Shown here: one piece after another, positions 29,538-41,275 of the stretch
Layout of the letters: every line of letters starts with the position of its first letter
Position numbering within the stretch: position 1 is the first letter of the stretch
Assembly (NCBI GenBank): GCA_040397235.1
Contig: JBBAWH010000003.1
Coordinates: forward strand, 4,038-68,037
DNA: 64,000 bases
Source of the DNA: Candidatus Limnocylindrus sp.
GTDB taxonomy: Bacteria > Chloroflexota > Limnocylindria > Limnocylindrales > Limnocylindraceae
Direction: 5' to 3'
Notes under the pieces: generated by a model
Seen by the model: the letters and a program-made list of their open reading frames with translations, nothing else
What the model was told of the DNA's origin: nothing
Databases searched by the model: none
Position numbers and translations under genes: made by a program

Positions 29538-30590
29538 TTAGCGCAGGGGGCGCTGGTAGGTCTCGGGGACGAGCATCTTCTCGAGCGCCTCAATTTCGTC
29601 AAGAATGATGCCCGTGCCGCGCACGACGCAGGTCAGCGGATCATCGGCGATGCGAACGGGCATCTTTGTTTCGGCCGAAAGGCGCACATCCATACCGAGC
29701 AGGAGTGCACCACCACCAGCAAGAACAATTCCCTGGTCCATGATGTCGGCGACGAGCTCTGGCGGTGTCTCTTCAATGGTGTCGCGCACGGTGTTGATGA
29801 TCTCAACGATCGATGGCTCAATTGCCTCACGCACCTGCGGCGCCGCCACCTCTACCGCGCGAGGCAGACCGGTGAGTAGATCGCGTCCACGGAAGGTGAT
29901 GCGCTGCGAGTCCCACTCGCCAGAGTGCGCCGAACCGACCGCCATCTTGATATCTTCGGCGGTGCGCTCACCCAGGAGCAGGTTGTACTGACGTCGGGCG
30001 TAGGCAACGATGTTCTCATCCATCTCGTCGCCCGCAATGCGAATGCTGCGCGCCGTCACGATGCCTCCGAGGCTGGTGACGGCAACCTCAGTGGTGCCGC
30101 CGCCAATGTCCACGATCATGCTCCCGTTCGGCTCACCTACCGCAAGGCCGGCTCCGATCGCTGCGGCCATCGGCTCCTCAACAAGGCGGACCCAGCGTGC
30201 ACCCGCTCGAATAGCAGCGTCGCGCACGGCACGCTTCTCTACTTCGGTGACTCCTGAAGGGATACCGATGATCATGCGCGGTCGTGCAGAGAGCCACCCG
30301 CCTTGGTGCACCTTGCGCACGTAGTAGCTAATCATCTGCTCCGTGACCGCGGCGTCGGAGATCACGCCATCACGGAGTGGGCGAATCGCCACGATATTCG
30401 CGGGGGTACGCCCGAGCATGCGCTTCGCCTCAGCGCCGATGGCGAGGACCTTGCGCGATTTGGTCTCAACCGCAACGACCGAAGGCTCGCTAATGACGAC
30501 ACCCTTACCTGCGACGTGGACGAGCGTATTCGCCGTGCCGAGGTCAATGCCGATGTCGCGCGAGAAGAGGCTGTAGATTCGGTCAAGCAT
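29538..30590 (-). CDS. mreB: Rod shape-determining protein MreB
   Basis: IGIDLGTANTLVHV and the actin-fold motifs throughout. The start was trimmed to MLDRIYSLF (30590). Confidence 0.9.
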   Translation of the reverse strand: MLDRIYSLFSRDIGIDLGTANTLVHVAGKGVVISEPSVVAVETKSRKVLAIGAEAKRMLGRTPANIVAIRPLRDGVISDAAVTEQMISYYVRKVHQGGWLSARPRMIIGIPSGVTEVEKRAVRDAAIRAGARWVRLVEEPMAAAIGAGLAVGEPNGSMIVDIGGGTTEVAVTSLGGIVTARSIRIAGDEMDENIVAYARRQYNLLLGERTAEDIKMAVGSAHSGEWDSQRITFRGRDLLTGLPRAVEVAAPQVREAIEPSIVEIINTVRDTIEETPPELVADIMDQGIVLAGGGALLLGMDVRLSAETKMPVRIADDPLTCVVRGTGIILDEIEALEKMLVPETYQRPLR

Positions 30591-30633
30591 GGCGCGATGG
30601 TAGCACCCACCCCGCGCACCCCCGCCCTCCCCC

Positions 30634-31311
30634 CTATGGCGCCTCGCCACCCCAGATCGCGGGCTGCTTCGAGCGAATGCTCACCCAGCGGCCATGCCCA
30701 ATGACGAGGTGGTCCAGGAACTCAATGTCGAGCAGCCGGGCGGCGGCGAGGAGTTCGCTCGTCAGTCGGAGGTCTTCGTCTGAAGGCTCAGGATCACCGC
30801 TCGGATGGTTGTGGACTGCGGCGAAGCCGACACCGTGCGCCTCAAGGACCGGACGCAGAAGTTCACCGATGCGCACACTCGTGCCCGTTGCTGTGCCCGT
30901 ATAGACGTGGCGCAGGTCGAGCAGCCCGTTGCGACCATCGACAATGGCGATGTGAAGCTGCTCCTGTGCCGACCTGCCGAAGATCGGCTGAGCGATCGCG
31001 GCGAGATCGGCCGGCGCCTGAACGCGGGTTCGCTCTGCGGGCCACCAGGCGGTGAGATCGTGCGCGGCGTTCACGGTGCGAACCACCAGTTCAGCGGCCT
31101 CGTTCGGCACGCCAGCGCGCAACAGCCTCTCGATTGGGTTTCCCTGCAAGAGCCCGCCTGGTCCTCCACTGAGTTCGACCAGGTCGTGCGCGGTGTGCGT
31201 TGAGCAGCTCTGCGCGAGCAACGCGTCGAGTGCGCTGATGAAGCGCTGGTCACGATCGCGCTGCTCTGGGCTCATATCGCTGGGTACGGCCGCTGCTATG
31301 GCGAGACTCAT
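30634..31311 (-). CDS. radC: RadC-family JAB/MPN domain protein
   Basis: HNHPSGDPEPSDEDLRLT JAMM motif. It sits upstream of mreB, a conserved radC-mreBC synteny also seen in Bacillus. Confidence 0.8.
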   Translation of the reverse strand: MSLAIAAAVPSDMSPEQRDRDQRFISALDALLAQSCSTHTAHDLVELSGGPGGLLQGNPIERLLRAGVPNEAAELVVRTVNAAHDLTAWWPAERTRVQAPADLAAIAQPIFGRSAQEQLHIAIVDGRNGLLDLRHVYTGTATGTSVRIGELLRPVLEAHGVGFAAVHNHPSGDPEPSDEDLRLTSELLAAARLLDIEFLDHLVIGHGRWVSIRSKQPAIWGGEAP

Positions 31312-31451
31312 TGAACCTCCGCGGCGTAGACCTGGCGGCCAACATTGGCACCTCCGGCAGAGCGGCGAGCCCGCCGTTTTCCCGCCGCCCTACCGAAGGC
31401 AAGCGCATCCTCTCGCGCGCCGCGTACCAGGCGCGTATGAGTTTGGCCGCG

Positions 31452-32432
31452 CTACGAAAGGGCGACGACGGCGACGAGGGCAAGGTTGTACGAGGCGTGC
31501 AGTGCGATCGTCGCGACCAGCGATCGTCGGCGAATCCAAAGCCACCCAAGCGCAATCCCAAGTGGAAGCCGCACCGCAAATGCGACGGCGGCAACGCTCG
31601 CGGCATCGCCTACTGAGGTGCCACCAACAGTGAGTGTGTGCGCGAAGGCGAAGACGATCGCAGAGAAGAGGATCGCTCGGCGTGCGGATGATTGGCGCGC
31701 CCAGGCCTGTGCGATCACCCCGCGGTAGAGCAGCTCCTCACCGATCGGTGCGATCAGTCCAGCGGTCAGGACGTTAGCGGCGAGATCCACGGCGTTCATC
31801 GTTGGCGGCAGCACGACTGGGGCGCTGAGGCCCGTGCCGTTCATGACCAGCGTTGCAAAGAGGCCAGCGGCACTCAGGATCGGAAGGGCAAGGGCAACAC
31901 CCCAGAAGAGATCTCCGGCGAGTCCGCCGCGACGATCAGGCGCTGGCAGCGTCTTCGGTGATGCGGCGGGTGTGGCAAGGATGAGATCCCGCCAGCGCAC
32001 AGCACCGCTGCCAACCACCACCAGACCGATGATCAGAACCGTTGCGAGGTTCGATGCGGCCGCCAGGGCGAGTGTTCCGAGCGGCGTGCTGAGGGCGGTT
32101 GCAGCACCAAGGGCGGTGAGTAGTGCAGCGACAAGAAGCTGCGCGAGCAGCGCCCACGGGATCGTCGTCCAGAAGATCGCCAGCGGACCTGGGCCGCGCC
32201 AACCTGCAGCGGGAGTATCGACGCGGCGCTGCAGCGCCGAGGCCCCCGAGAGCGCAATTCCGCCAACCCCAATCAAGAGAAGGGCGAGGATTACGAGAGC
32301 GGTCCCTGCGCCTGCGATCCCCGCGACGAGGGCACTCGCGCCAACGACGGTAGCGAGCAGGCCGATGACGTAGAGCGCTGGGGCTTCACGCCCGGCGAGT
32401 TGTAGCAACCCCGGACGCGACGCCGTGCTCAT
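31452..32432 (-). CDS. CPBP (CAAX protease/Abi) family intramembrane metalloprotease
   Basis: Multi-TM. Motifs EELLYRG and FAHTL match the CPBP family. Confidence 0.7.
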   Translation of the reverse strand: MSTASRPGLLQLAGREAPALYVIGLLATVVGASALVAGIAGAGTALVILALLLIGVGGIALSGASALQRRVDTPAAGWRGPGPLAIFWTTIPWALLAQLLVAALLTALGAATALSTPLGTLALAAASNLATVLIIGLVVVGSGAVRWRDLILATPAASPKTLPAPDRRGGLAGDLFWGVALALPILSAAGLFATLVMNGTGLSAPVVLPPTMNAVDLAANVLTAGLIAPIGEELLYRGVIAQAWARQSSARRAILFSAIVFAFAHTLTVGGTSVGDAASVAAVAFAVRLPLGIALGWLWIRRRSLVATIALHASYNLALVAVVALS

Positions 32433-32442
32433 GCGTTCGCCC

Positions 32443-35442
32443 CTACGGCGCGCTGCTCTCCGTCAGTGCCGAGAGCTCTTTAAGTACCGCCTGCAACTCG
32501 CTGATGCGCGCGCCGTACGTTGCAAAGTCTCCTGACTTCAGCGCCGTCTGTGCCTGAGCAAAGAGCGTTGAGGCCTTTGAGACGAGTCCCGCAATGTCGG
32601 TCGGATTCGTTCCGCCGCCCGGATCGATCACGCCACCACCGACGAGGAGATTCAGCGCTTCGGTGAGCGTGTCCCCCCATACGACCTTGGTCGACGTTGC
32701 GGCCACGATCTTCTGGAACTCTGGGAACGAGCTCGACGTGGACTGCAGATACACCGGCTGTAGGTAGACGACAGTTCCGCCGATCGGCGTCACGATGAGA
32801 TTTCCGCGCGTAACGGTCGAGCCCGATTGATCCCAGAGCGTTGTCTGCGCCGAGATGATTGGGTCCGCATCGATGCGAGCACCAACCTGGCTTGGGCCAA
32901 AGACCGAGGTGTCCTTCGGGAAGCGGTACGCCACGACCTGGCCGTAGGCGTCGCCATCGTTGCGCGCCGCAACCCAGGCGATCATGTTCGGCCGGCTCGT
33001 TGGTACGAGGGGCTGAATCAGGGTGAACTCGGTTCCAGTCTCACCTGGCAGCCGCACACGAACGAAGTACGACTCCCCTGGGAGTGACTGCGAGCCGGCT
33101 GCCGACTCTGGGACGGTCCAGACGTCGTCCTGACGGTAGAAGGTCTGGGGGTCGGTCACGTGGTACGTCGCGTAGATGCGTGTGGCGATGTCGAATCCAC
33201 CCGCGCCTACCCGAAGGTGCGCACGCAGATCGGCCGGCATCGTGTCGAGTGGGCGAAACAGGCCTGGGAAGACCTTCGACCAGGCGAGGGCGATCGGATC
33301 CTTGGCATCAGCCAGGTAGAGCGCGGTCTCGCCCGTATAGAGGTCGACCGTCGCCTTCATGCTGTTGCGGACGTAGTTGATGTTGCTCCCCTCCGCCGCA
33401 TTGGCGTTCGGGAAGTGGTCGCTCGTGGTGTAGCCGTCCACGACGTAGCTGAGCCCGCCATCTTCGCGAATCACGAGGTACGGGTCGGAGTCCCAGGTGA
33501 CGAATGGTGCAAGGGCCGAGATGCGCTCGCTCACGGTTCGGCGCCAGAGCAACTGGCTCTCGGCCGTAATCTGGTCGCTGATCAACAGGTTCAGGTCGCC
33601 GAGTCGCGCGGCGAAGAGGAGACGATCGAAGAAGGTGTTCAGCGAGATCCCTGAGGTGCCGCTCCACTTCGTGGTCGCGTCTCCCGAGGCGCCCGAACCG
33701 GTCAGATCTTCGCCGACCGGGTAGTCGAACTCTTCGGTCTTGGCGCCAACAATCACCCAGTCATCATCAAGTTCGCCGAAGTAGATGCGTGGCTCGCTGA
33801 CCACAGGGGCGCCACCACTGGAGACTGGTGGGATGTCGCGAATGATCAGCTGCGGGAGTCCGCCGCTCGCCACACCGGCGACGGGGACCATCGCCACACC
33901 GATGCCGTGGGTAAAGGCGATGCGACGATTCACCCAGGTGGCCGACTGCAGGGCACGCTGTGGGTTCAGCTCTCGCGCCGAGAGCATCACTAGTCGCTGC
34001 TTCCCGTCAATCATGTAGCGGTCGACATCGACATCCGAGAAGTTGTAGTACTGGCGCACGGTCTGCAGTTGATCGAGCGTTGCCTGCAGTGGACGGTAGT
34101 CCCAGAGGCGGGCGTCGGTAAATGACTCCGCGTTTTCGGCAATAGCTGCTGTGGTGAGGTCGGCAGAGCCATCGTATTGACGTTCGGTCCAGCCATCGAG
34201 GCCGAAGGCCAACCTCGTCATACGAATATTGTTGGCGATGTACGGCTCCTCGAGCGCGTACTCATTTGGCGTGACCTGGAAGCGCTGGACAAATTCTGGG
34301 TAGAGCCCAGTGAGCACCGCCGAGGCGCCGAACCAGACCGTCACCGTCAGCACGAGTGGCCACGTTGAACGCGTCACGGCGGCGCCGACCAAGAAGGCGG
34401 CGGCGAGTGCTGCGATCACCGTCAGTGCGTCGAGGCCAGGGATTCGTGCTGTGGCGTCGGTGTACGAGACGCCCGTGGCAACGCCGTTCTGCGAGAACAC
34501 CAATTCAAGCTTGTCGAGCTGATAGCCGTAGGCGGTGACCAGCAAGATTCCACCGACCAGGAGGGCGAGATGGAGGCGCGGCAGGGTGCCAACACCGCCG
34601 AGGCCGCGAGCGCCGATCGCCGGCAGGTAGCGAAGCGCGGCGATCACCGTTGCGCCACTGAGCAGCAAGATTCCAAGACCCTGCGCGAGGCGCAAGACAG
34701 GGAGGCTGAAGAGATAGAACGAGATATCGCGGCCGAAGATTGGATCAACGGCTGAGCCGTCGGCGGCGTATGGGACGGCGTTCTGCCAGAGGGCAATTTG
34801 CTCCCAGTTGGCGGCAACTTGTGCGCCAATGAGGAGCGCAACAACAACAGCACCGATGCGCAGGGCGCCGTTACCGATCGTGGCGCCAGCACTTCGTACG
34901 GAGCCATCGCCATCCGCGCCAAGGAGTCCCCGGAGCGCATCAACAATCCCGTCGGGCTGCAGGTTGCCGCGGTCATCCATGAGTGAGGTTCGTTCGCGCG
35001 GCGCCGCAGAGCTTGCTGAATCACCGCTCGCAGCGCCGCCAAGGCGTCGGGCGATGAGCCCCGCCACAAGGAGGCTCACCATGAGGAGCGCGAGTGCAGC
35101 AAGAGTTCCGCCAACGAAGAGTCCGCCCTGCAGCTGCAGTCGCTGCCAGTAGAGGGCGCCTGCGCCGAGCGATTCGAACCAGCGCGCATCGGTGAGGAGC
35201 CCAATGACCGGCCCGCCAACCAAGACGAGCACAAGGAGGATCGGGAGGAAGAGGGTGCGCAGTCCCAACTTAAATGTTGGTCGCTGTCCGCTCGGGGCAG
35301 AGCCGCCGGGGCGACGGGCACGGGTGCGCGATGTCGGGGCGTCGGAGTCAGGCTCGGATTCAGAGGCCTCAGTGGCCTGAGGGGCGCCGTTACCGCGGCG
35401 TCGCTCCAGCTCTTCAAGGAAATCCTTAAACGGATCACTCAT
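32443..35442 (-). CDS. UPF0182-family large membrane protein
   Basis: 999 aa. Has N-terminal TM helices, a long extracytoplasmic region and further TMs. Size and layout are typical of COG1615/UPF0182 in Actinobacteria. Confidence 0.6.
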   Translation of the reverse strand: MSDPFKDFLEELERRRGNGAPQATEASESEPDSDAPTSRTRARRPGGSAPSGQRPTFKLGLRTLFLPILLVLVLVGGPVIGLLTDARWFESLGAGALYWQRLQLQGGLFVGGTLAALALLMVSLLVAGLIARRLGGAASGDSASSAAPRERTSLMDDRGNLQPDGIVDALRGLLGADGDGSVRSAGATIGNGALRIGAVVVALLIGAQVAANWEQIALWQNAVPYAADGSAVDPIFGRDISFYLFSLPVLRLAQGLGILLLSGATVIAALRYLPAIGARGLGGVGTLPRLHLALLVGGILLVTAYGYQLDKLELVFSQNGVATGVSYTDATARIPGLDALTVIAALAAAFLVGAAVTRSTWPLVLTVTVWFGASAVLTGLYPEFVQRFQVTPNEYALEEPYIANNIRMTRLAFGLDGWTERQYDGSADLTTAAIAENAESFTDARLWDYRPLQATLDQLQTVRQYYNFSDVDVDRYMIDGKQRLVMLSARELNPQRALQSATWVNRRIAFTHGIGVAMVPVAGVASGGLPQLIIRDIPPVSSGGAPVVSEPRIYFGELDDDWVIVGAKTEEFDYPVGEDLTGSGASGDATTKWSGTSGISLNTFFDRLLFAARLGDLNLLISDQITAESQLLWRRTVSERISALAPFVTWDSDPYLVIREDGGLSYVVDGYTTSDHFPNANAAEGSNINYVRNSMKATVDLYTGETALYLADAKDPIALAWSKVFPGLFRPLDTMPADLRAHLRVGAGGFDIATRIYATYHVTDPQTFYRQDDVWTVPESAAGSQSLPGESYFVRVRLPGETGTEFTLIQPLVPTSRPNMIAWVAARNDGDAYGQVVAYRFPKDTSVFGPSQVGARIDADPIISAQTTLWDQSGSTVTRGNLIVTPIGGTVVYLQPVYLQSTSSSFPEFQKIVAATSTKVVWGDTLTEALNLLVGGGVIDPGGGTNPTDIAGLVSKASTLFAQAQTALKSGDFATYGARISELQAVLKELSALTESSAP

Positions 35443-35469
35443 GATTGATCCCCCTCCAATTGCGGTGCG

Positions 35470-35952
35470 TCAGGGTCGGTGCGCGACCTCGATCGCACGG
35501 GTGAAGGCATCGAGTGCCGCCTCGGCAACCTTCGCCTCTGTCATCGTAGCGATTCGCATCGGATCCCACTTGGCCGCCACTTGGAGCACGAGGGGGCGGC
35601 GCCACGGCTCGTTTATATCGGCCAGGTCACCCAGGAGGCGTAACTTTAGGCAGGAGCGTCCATCCTCAACGGCAAGGAGATCGCCGAGGCCGTTCGTCAT
35701 CAACTCGCCGAGGCGCTGGAGTGGCGGTGTTGGTGGGGGGCCGGCGATCGGCGCAACCTCGCGGCAGCTCACGACACCAGCATCATCCTCGGCCCACATC
35801 ATGCCAATCCACCAGCCGTCAGGCATGGTTGTCGGGGTGCTCATTCCGGTGTGCACTGTGGCCTCGGGTCGCCCTTCGAGAAGGATCGGTTTCACCTTCA
35901 GGTAGCTCGCCCCCGGTGAAGGGAGGCGCTCAGGGCTGGTAGTCACTCCCAC
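35470..35952 (-). CDS. Hypothetical protein (overlaps guaA stop by 10 nt)
   Basis: 160-aa ORF, Trp-rich ([11 protein letters not shown]), with no recognisable motif. The start is uncertain (MSTPTT or GTG alternatives). Confidence 0.3.
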   Translation of the reverse strand: MGVTTSPERLPSPGASYLKVKPILLEGRPEATVHTGMSTPTTMPDGWWIGMMWAEDDAGVVSCREVAPIAGPPPTPPLQRLGELMTNGLGDLLAVEDGRSCLKLRLLGDLADINEPWRRPLVLQVAAKWDPMRIATMTEAKVAEAALDAFTRAIEVAHRP

Positions 35953-37523
35953 TCAATCGTGGCGGGTGGCTTTGAGGTGACGTCATACACGACACGCGTC
36001 ACGCCCGGCACTTCATTCACGATACGCGCCGAGATGCGCTCAATCAGGTCGTATGGCAGCCGTGCCCAATCGGCGGTCATTCCGTCTTCACTGGTCACCG
36101 CGCGTAGCGCGAGCACATTGCCGTAGGTGCGCCCATCGCCCATCACGCCAACTGAGCGCATAGGCGTGAGCACGGCGAATGACTGCCAGATGCTGCGATA
36201 GAGCCCCGCCTTCTTGATCTCGTCGACCACGATCCAATCCGCCTCACGCAGTGTGTCGAGTCGCTCCTTCGTCACGTCGCCAAGGATGCGAATCGCAAGT
36301 CCAGGACCTGGGAACGGCTGTCGCAGAACAACAGACTCAGGGAGGCCGAGCTCAAGGCCAACCGCGCGCACCTCATCCTTGAAGAGGGACCGCAACGGCT
36401 CGACCAGTTTGAACTTCAAGTCATCTGGAAGGCCGCCCACATTGTGGTGCGTCTTGATCTTCTGCGCGGCCTTCGTCTCTTTCGACGTTGACTCAATCAC
36501 ATCTGGGTAGAGGGTCCCCTGTGCCAAGAACTTGAAGTCGCCGAGCTTCGTGGACTCCTCCTCAAAGACGCGAATGAATTCGCGGCCGATGATCTTGCGC
36601 TTCTCTTCTGGATCCTGCACACCGCTCATTGCGCTTAGGAAGCGCTCCTCTGCATCAACCATATGAATGGTCATGCCGAGCGTGTTGGCGAACACCTCGC
36701 GGAGAAGGTCCGACTCGCGCTTGCGCATCAGACCGTGATCAACGTAGACGCAGACGAGGCGATCACCGATCGCGCGATGGATTAGTGCTGCGGCTACGGC
36801 GGAGTCGACCCCGCCCGAGAGGGCACAGAGGACGCGATCGGTGGGGCCCACCTGTGCGGCAATCGCAGCGATGGCGTCCTCAGCAACGCGCCCAGGGGTC
36901 CAGTTTGCCGGCGCCTCGGCAATGTCGTAGACGAAGTTGCGCAGCAGGCGCTTGCCGCCAGGGGTGTGCACCACCTCGGGATGGAATTGAATCCCCCAGA
37001 GATTTCGCGTGACGTCGGCAAGGGCTGCAAACGGGGTGGAGTCGGTCTCGGCGATCGGCGCGAAGCCTGCCGGTGCCTTCGTAATGGAGTCGCCGTGGCT
37101 CATCCAGACGCGGGCGCTCCCACCATCGCCCGCAACGCCAGCCAGCAGCAGATTCGACTGGTCGCCGATGCGAATGTCGGCGGGGCCATATTCGCGATGT
37201 GCTGAAGGACCAACCTCACCGCCGAGCTGCTGCGCCATCAGCTGCACGCCGTAGCAGATGCCCAAGATCGGCAGGCCGCTATCCCAGAGGGCGGGATCTG
37301 GCTTTGGGCCATCGGCGTCGTACACGGAGCTCGGGCTGCCGCTCAAGATGATGCCGGCGGGCTTGCGCGCCACGATCTCGCTCAGTGGGGTATCGAAGGC
37401 GATCAGCTCCGAGTGCACGCTCAGCTCGCGCACGCGACGCGCAATCAGCTGCGCGAACTGGCTACCAAAGTCGAGGACGAGGATGCCCCCCTGCGTTGGG
37501 GTCACGGCGCCGTTAGCGCCCAC
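35943..37523 (-). CDS. guaA: GMP synthase (glutamine-hydrolysing)
   Basis: GATase N-terminus ([20 protein letters not shown]), a PP-loop (SGGVDSAV) and a C-terminus ending TIEWE. Confidence 0.95.
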   Translation of the reverse strand: MGANGAVTPTQGGILVLDFGSQFAQLIARRVRELSVHSELIAFDTPLSEIVARKPAGIILSGSPSSVYDADGPKPDPALWDSGLPILGICYGVQLMAQQLGGEVGPSAHREYGPADIRIGDQSNLLLAGVAGDGGSARVWMSHGDSITKAPAGFAPIAETDSTPFAALADVTRNLWGIQFHPEVVHTPGGKRLLRNFVYDIAEAPANWTPGRVAEDAIAAIAAQVGPTDRVLCALSGGVDSAVAAALIHRAIGDRLVCVYVDHGLMRKRESDLLREVFANTLGMTIHMVDAEERFLSAMSGVQDPEEKRKIIGREFIRVFEEESTKLGDFKFLAQGTLYPDVIESTSKETKAAQKIKTHHNVGGLPDDLKFKLVEPLRSLFKDEVRAVGLELGLPESVVLRQPFPGPGLAIRILGDVTKERLDTLREADWIVVDEIKKAGLYRSIWQSFAVLTPMRSVGVMGDGRTYGNVLALRAVTSEDGMTADWARLPYDLIERISARIVNEVPGVTRVVYDVTSKPPATIEWE

Positions 37524-38658
37524 GCTGCCAGCTCTTCCCTTCGGTCGCTGCGGCCGGGGCGTAGATCACCTCAACGTCGCGGAAGCCGCGCACGTTCTGC
37601 ACGCCAAGTGCCGCTGCCGACTGACGCACCGCGCCCGCGAGGTTCTCGCTGCCGTCAGTGACATGCGATGGCCCGTGCAGGATCTGCTTCATGCTCCCGA
37701 CCGTGCCGACGTTGATACGCGTGCCGCGCGGCAGTGTTGGTGAGGGTGCCGCCATCCCCCAGTTGAATCCACCGCCCGGAGCCTCGCTGCCACGAGCGAG
37801 TGGCGAGCCGATCATCACCGCGTCGGCGCCAACGGCGAGCGCCTTGGCAATCTCGCCGCCCTTACGAATGCCGCCATCTGCGACCACGGGCACATAGCGA
37901 CCAGTCGCAGCGAAGAAGGCGTCGCGTGCGGCGGCAACATCGCTCACGGCGGTCACCTGCGGCACGCCGATGCCGAGTACCTCACGAGTGGTGCAGGCGT
38001 TCCCTGGCCCCACGCCAACAAATATGGCGGCCGCCCCCTGCTCCATCAGGGCATAGGCAGCTTCGGCATTGGTGGTGTTGCCGATCGCTACGGGCATTCC
38101 GGCACGTTTCACAAACTCCGAAAGCTCAAGTGGCGCGTAGCCCGAGGCGATGTGTCGCGCAGAGGAGACCTGGCTTTGAATCAGGAGCAGGTCGACATCG
38201 GCGCCAATCAGTGCGTCGGCATACTTGCCGACCGCTTGTGGTGTTGCCGCGATCGCAACGGGTGCACCAGCGGCGCGCATCTCTGCGATGCGGCGGGCGA
38301 TCAACACGGGGCGAATCGGCGCGGCGTAGAGTTCAGCAAAGGTGGCCTGCACCTTATCGGCGGTCGCCGCAATGATGGTGGCGTACTGGGCGGCGGGGTC
38401 TTCGTAGCGAAACCAGAGTCCTTCAAGATTGATAAAGGCGAGCGAACCGAGCCCGCGAAGTAGCCCCGCCGTCGTTGGCGATACAACCGCATCCATCGCC
38501 GACGCAATAATCGGCTCGGTGAGTGGGATGCCGCAAAAATCTTGCGTTAGGTCGACGTCGGCGGGATCAATGGTGTCGGTGCCAGGGGCGAGCGAGATGT
38601 CGTCGAACCCGAATGCGGGTCGCAGGGTGTCGATCTTGGAGATGAAGGGGCCACTCAT
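37513..38658 (-). CDS. GuaB3-like IMP dehydrogenase-family protein (no CBS pair)
   Basis: 381-aa TIM-barrel IMPDH-related protein. In actinobacteria guaB3 typically sits beside guaA. Confidence 0.7.
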   Translation of the reverse strand: MSGPFISKIDTLRPAFGFDDISLAPGTDTIDPADVDLTQDFCGIPLTEPIIASAMDAVVSPTTAGLLRGLGSLAFINLEGLWFRYEDPAAQYATIIAATADKVQATFAELYAAPIRPVLIARRIAEMRAAGAPVAIAATPQAVGKYADALIGADVDLLLIQSQVSSARHIASGYAPLELSEFVKRAGMPVAIGNTTNAEAAYALMEQGAAAIFVGVGPGNACTTREVLGIGVPQVTAVSDVAAARDAFFAATGRYVPVVADGGIRKGGEIAKALAVGADAVMIGSPLARGSEAPGGGFNWGMAAPSPTLPRGTRINVGTVGSMKQILHGPSHVTDGSENLAGAVRQSAAALGVQNVRGFRDVEVIYAPAAATEGKSWQRGR

Positions 38659-39275
38659 CGACGAAGTGTAGCGAGGCCAACGGCGGAGGCGATCTCATCG
38701 GCGAGCTCGCCCTTCGGGCGGCGTGCATCAAAGGAGCGCCAACGCGCAGGCTCCGCGGCGGCCAGTGCGCGGAAGCCGTCGGCGACACGCGCATGGAAGG
38801 CGGCGTCGAACCCCTCTTCGAAGCGCGTGCGCCCATCACCCGACTTGCGGGCGAGCCCCTCCTCGGCGGGAAGGTCCAAGAGCACGGTGAGGTCTGGGGT
38901 CAACCCTGCAGTGGCAAAGCTGATCGCCGCTCGCAGCTCGTCAAGCGGGAGGCCGCTCCCGTAGCCCTGGTAGGCCAGGGTGGAGTCGGCGAAGCGATCG
39001 GCGATGACGGAGGCGCCGCGCGCCAGCGCAGGGCGAATCACCTCAAGAACGAGCTGCGAACGGGAGGCGTTGAAGAGGAGGGCGTCGGCACGCGGGTTGA
39101 TCTCAACGCTCCCTCCATCGCCCAGGAGGAGTGCGCGGATCCGCTCTCCGGCCGGTGTGCCGCCCGGCTCGCGCACGGTCAGCACTTCACGACCCGCGGC
39201 GCGGAGCCGCTCGGCTAGGAGGGCGATTTGGGTGGACTTCCCCGATCCGTCTGGCCCCTCAAAGGTGATGAACAT
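38655..39275 (-). CDS. tmk: Thymidylate kinase
   Basis: MFITFEGPDGSGKSTQ P-loop, and a DRF-type motif (DRFADS). Confidence 0.9.
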   Translation of the reverse strand: MFITFEGPDGSGKSTQIALLAERLRAAGREVLTVREPGGTPAGERIRALLLGDGGSVEINPRADALLFNASRSQLVLEVIRPALARGASVIADRFADSTLAYQGYGSGLPLDELRAAISFATAGLTPDLTVLLDLPAEEGLARKSGDGRTRFEEGFDAAFHARVADGFRALAAAEPARWRSFDARRPKGELADEIASAVGLATLRR

Positions 39276-39281
39276 TGCTGC

Positions 39282-41225
39282 TTAGCGACGTCGCCGCGGG
39301 GTGCTCGAAGAGCGTCCCTGCGGCTCAAGGCGAACACGTCGATGTGGATCGCGGCCGCGCGAACTACTGGTGACGCCGGCGTCGCCAGCGAGCTGGTGTT
39401 GCAGTCGACGGATGTAGGCGTTCTGTGGCGCAAGCTCAACGGGATGTTTGGTGCGCGCCACCTCTTCGATCCCCATCTTGGCCTCACGCATGGCGATCTC
39501 GCGCGGGTCGTGTGGCAACTGGTAGATATCAAGGAGCGCGCGCTCCATCTGCTCGGAGGCGTTGCTCTTGAGCACATGCACCGGAACGCCGCGTCGCTCG
39601 GCATCCACAATCGGCGTGCCGCGCTGCTTGAACTCATTGCGGATCGTTACCACCGCGTCGGCCTCATCGGCGGTTCGCGCAGTAGTTGCTGGGAGCCCGA
39701 GTTCGCGAATCGCCGCCTCAAGCTTCTTGCGCGAGATGCCGTGCGCCAAGACGCGAAGCTCAGGGAGCTGACTCACTTCACGCCCGTCGTCGTCATCAGC
39801 GCTCGGTGCCTCATCCCACTCCGCTGGGACCAGCGCGCCGCCGACCGTTCGGCCGATCAGCTCGCGATCCATCTCAGCGATGGTGGAAGCCATTGACTCA
39901 TGGCTCCAGCCGCGCTCGGGTCGCCAGCTGCCACCGCCAACGGGATCACCCTCAAATGCACGGATCACTGGAGTCGCCGTACCGCCCGGAGTGGTCTCAA
40001 CGTGTCGCGCCTGTTCGCGGTTTCGCCGCCAGCCGCCCCGCCCCTCATCGCTACGATCACTCCGATCACTGCGTCGGCCGCGGCGATCATCACCTGGGGT
40101 TAGCCCGCCGAATCGGCGTGACTCACCCTGCGCCGTCTGACCAGGTCGAATGCGCGCATGTGATCGACGAACGCCACCCTCGTCGCGCCAGCGCTCCTCT
40201 GGGGCTACCGCGTCGCCACGCAGCAGCGCATCAACGGTGCCGGCGACATCTTCGTGCACAAGAATGTGGTCGCGATCAATGATCTCCACGATCACATCGA
40301 AGGTTGGTGGTGCCTTGCGCTCTAGCACGCTCTTCTGCGTTCGGCGTCGGCGTGCCTCGTCGTCACCGAGGGTGACGCTCTGAATGCCGCCGATCAGGTC
40401 AGTGAGCGTTGGGTTCAACATCAGGTTGTCGAGGCTGTTGCCGTGGGCGGTGCCAATCAGCTGCACGCCGCGCTCGGCGATTGTTCGTGCGGCGATCGCC
40501 TCAGCCTCGGTGCCGATTTCGTCGATGACGATCACCTCGGGCATGTGGTTCTCGACCGCCTCAATCATGACGAGATGCTGTCGCTCTGGAGCGCTCACCT
40601 GCATTCGTCGCGCCTTGCCGATCGCTGGATGCGGAATGTCACCGTCGCCAGCGATCTCGTTCGAGGTGTCGACCACCACCACGCGCTTGCTGAATTCCGA
40701 GGCGAGGACGCGTGCCGCCTCGCGGAGCATGGTGGTCTTACCGACACCCGGTCGCCCCATGATCAGAATTGATCGGCCCGCTTCGATATGGTCGCGCAAG
40801 ATCTCAATGGTGCCGAAGACCGAGCGACCGACACGGCAGGTGAGGCCAACGACTCGATCCGATCGATTGCGAATCGCCGAGATGCGGTGCAACGTTCGTT
40901 CGATTCCAGCGCGGTTGTCACCACCAAAGTTGCCGATGCGTGCGATGACCCAGTTCAAGTCTTCGTCGGTGATCTCGCGTTCAAGTAGCGTGACGTCGCC
41001 CGATGTGATGCGTGCCTCAGGTTGGCGGCCAAGATCGAGAACAATTTCAAGTAAGCCATCTCGGCCGGCGGCGAGATTCTCGTGAGTGGCCAGCTCACGA
41101 ATTGCGGCGACGATCTCCGAAGGGAGACAGGCGAGAAGGAGGTCGAGGTTGTCGACGATCGCCTCATCTTGGATCCCCTGCGGGGTTGGCTCCTCGTGGG
41201 GGTCGCGAGCAAGGCTCATCGGCAA
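39282..41225 (-). CDS. AAA ATPase with R3H/Jag-like nucleic-acid-binding C-terminus (SpoIIIAA/Ycf45-like family) and a disordered Arg/Gly/Asp-rich linker
   Basis: P-loop GRPGVGKTT. An R/G/D-rich segment follows ([21 protein letters not shown]), then a C-terminal R3H-like region. Confidence 0.6.
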   Translation of the reverse strand: MPMSLARDPHEEPTPQGIQDEAIVDNLDLLLACLPSEIVAAIRELATHENLAAGRDGLLEIVLDLGRQPEARITSGDVTLLEREITDEDLNWVIARIGNFGGDNRAGIERTLHRISAIRNRSDRVVGLTCRVGRSVFGTIEILRDHIEAGRSILIMGRPGVGKTTMLREAARVLASEFSKRVVVVDTSNEIAGDGDIPHPAIGKARRMQVSAPERQHLVMIEAVENHMPEVIVIDEIGTEAEAIAARTIAERGVQLIGTAHGNSLDNLMLNPTLTDLIGGIQSVTLGDDEARRRRTQKSVLERKAPPTFDVIVEIIDRDHILVHEDVAGTVDALLRGDAVAPEERWRDEGGVRRSHARIRPGQTAQGESRRFGGLTPGDDRRGRRSDRSDRSDEGRGGWRRNREQARHVETTPGGTATPVIRAFEGDPVGGGSWRPERGWSHESMASTIAEMDRELIGRTVGGALVPAEWDEAPSADDDDGREVSQLPELRVLAHGISRKKLEAAIRELGLPATTARTADEADAVVTIRNEFKQRGTPIVDAERRGVPVHVLKSNASEQMERALLDIYQLPHDPREIAMREAKMGIEEVARTKHPVELAPQNAYIRRLQHQLAGDAGVTSSSRGRDPHRRVRLEPQGRSSSTPRRRR

Positions 41226-41275
41226 ATCTTAGCGTGCGATTCGCGCGCCGTCGCGTCGTGCGTCTCTTTTGGCCC

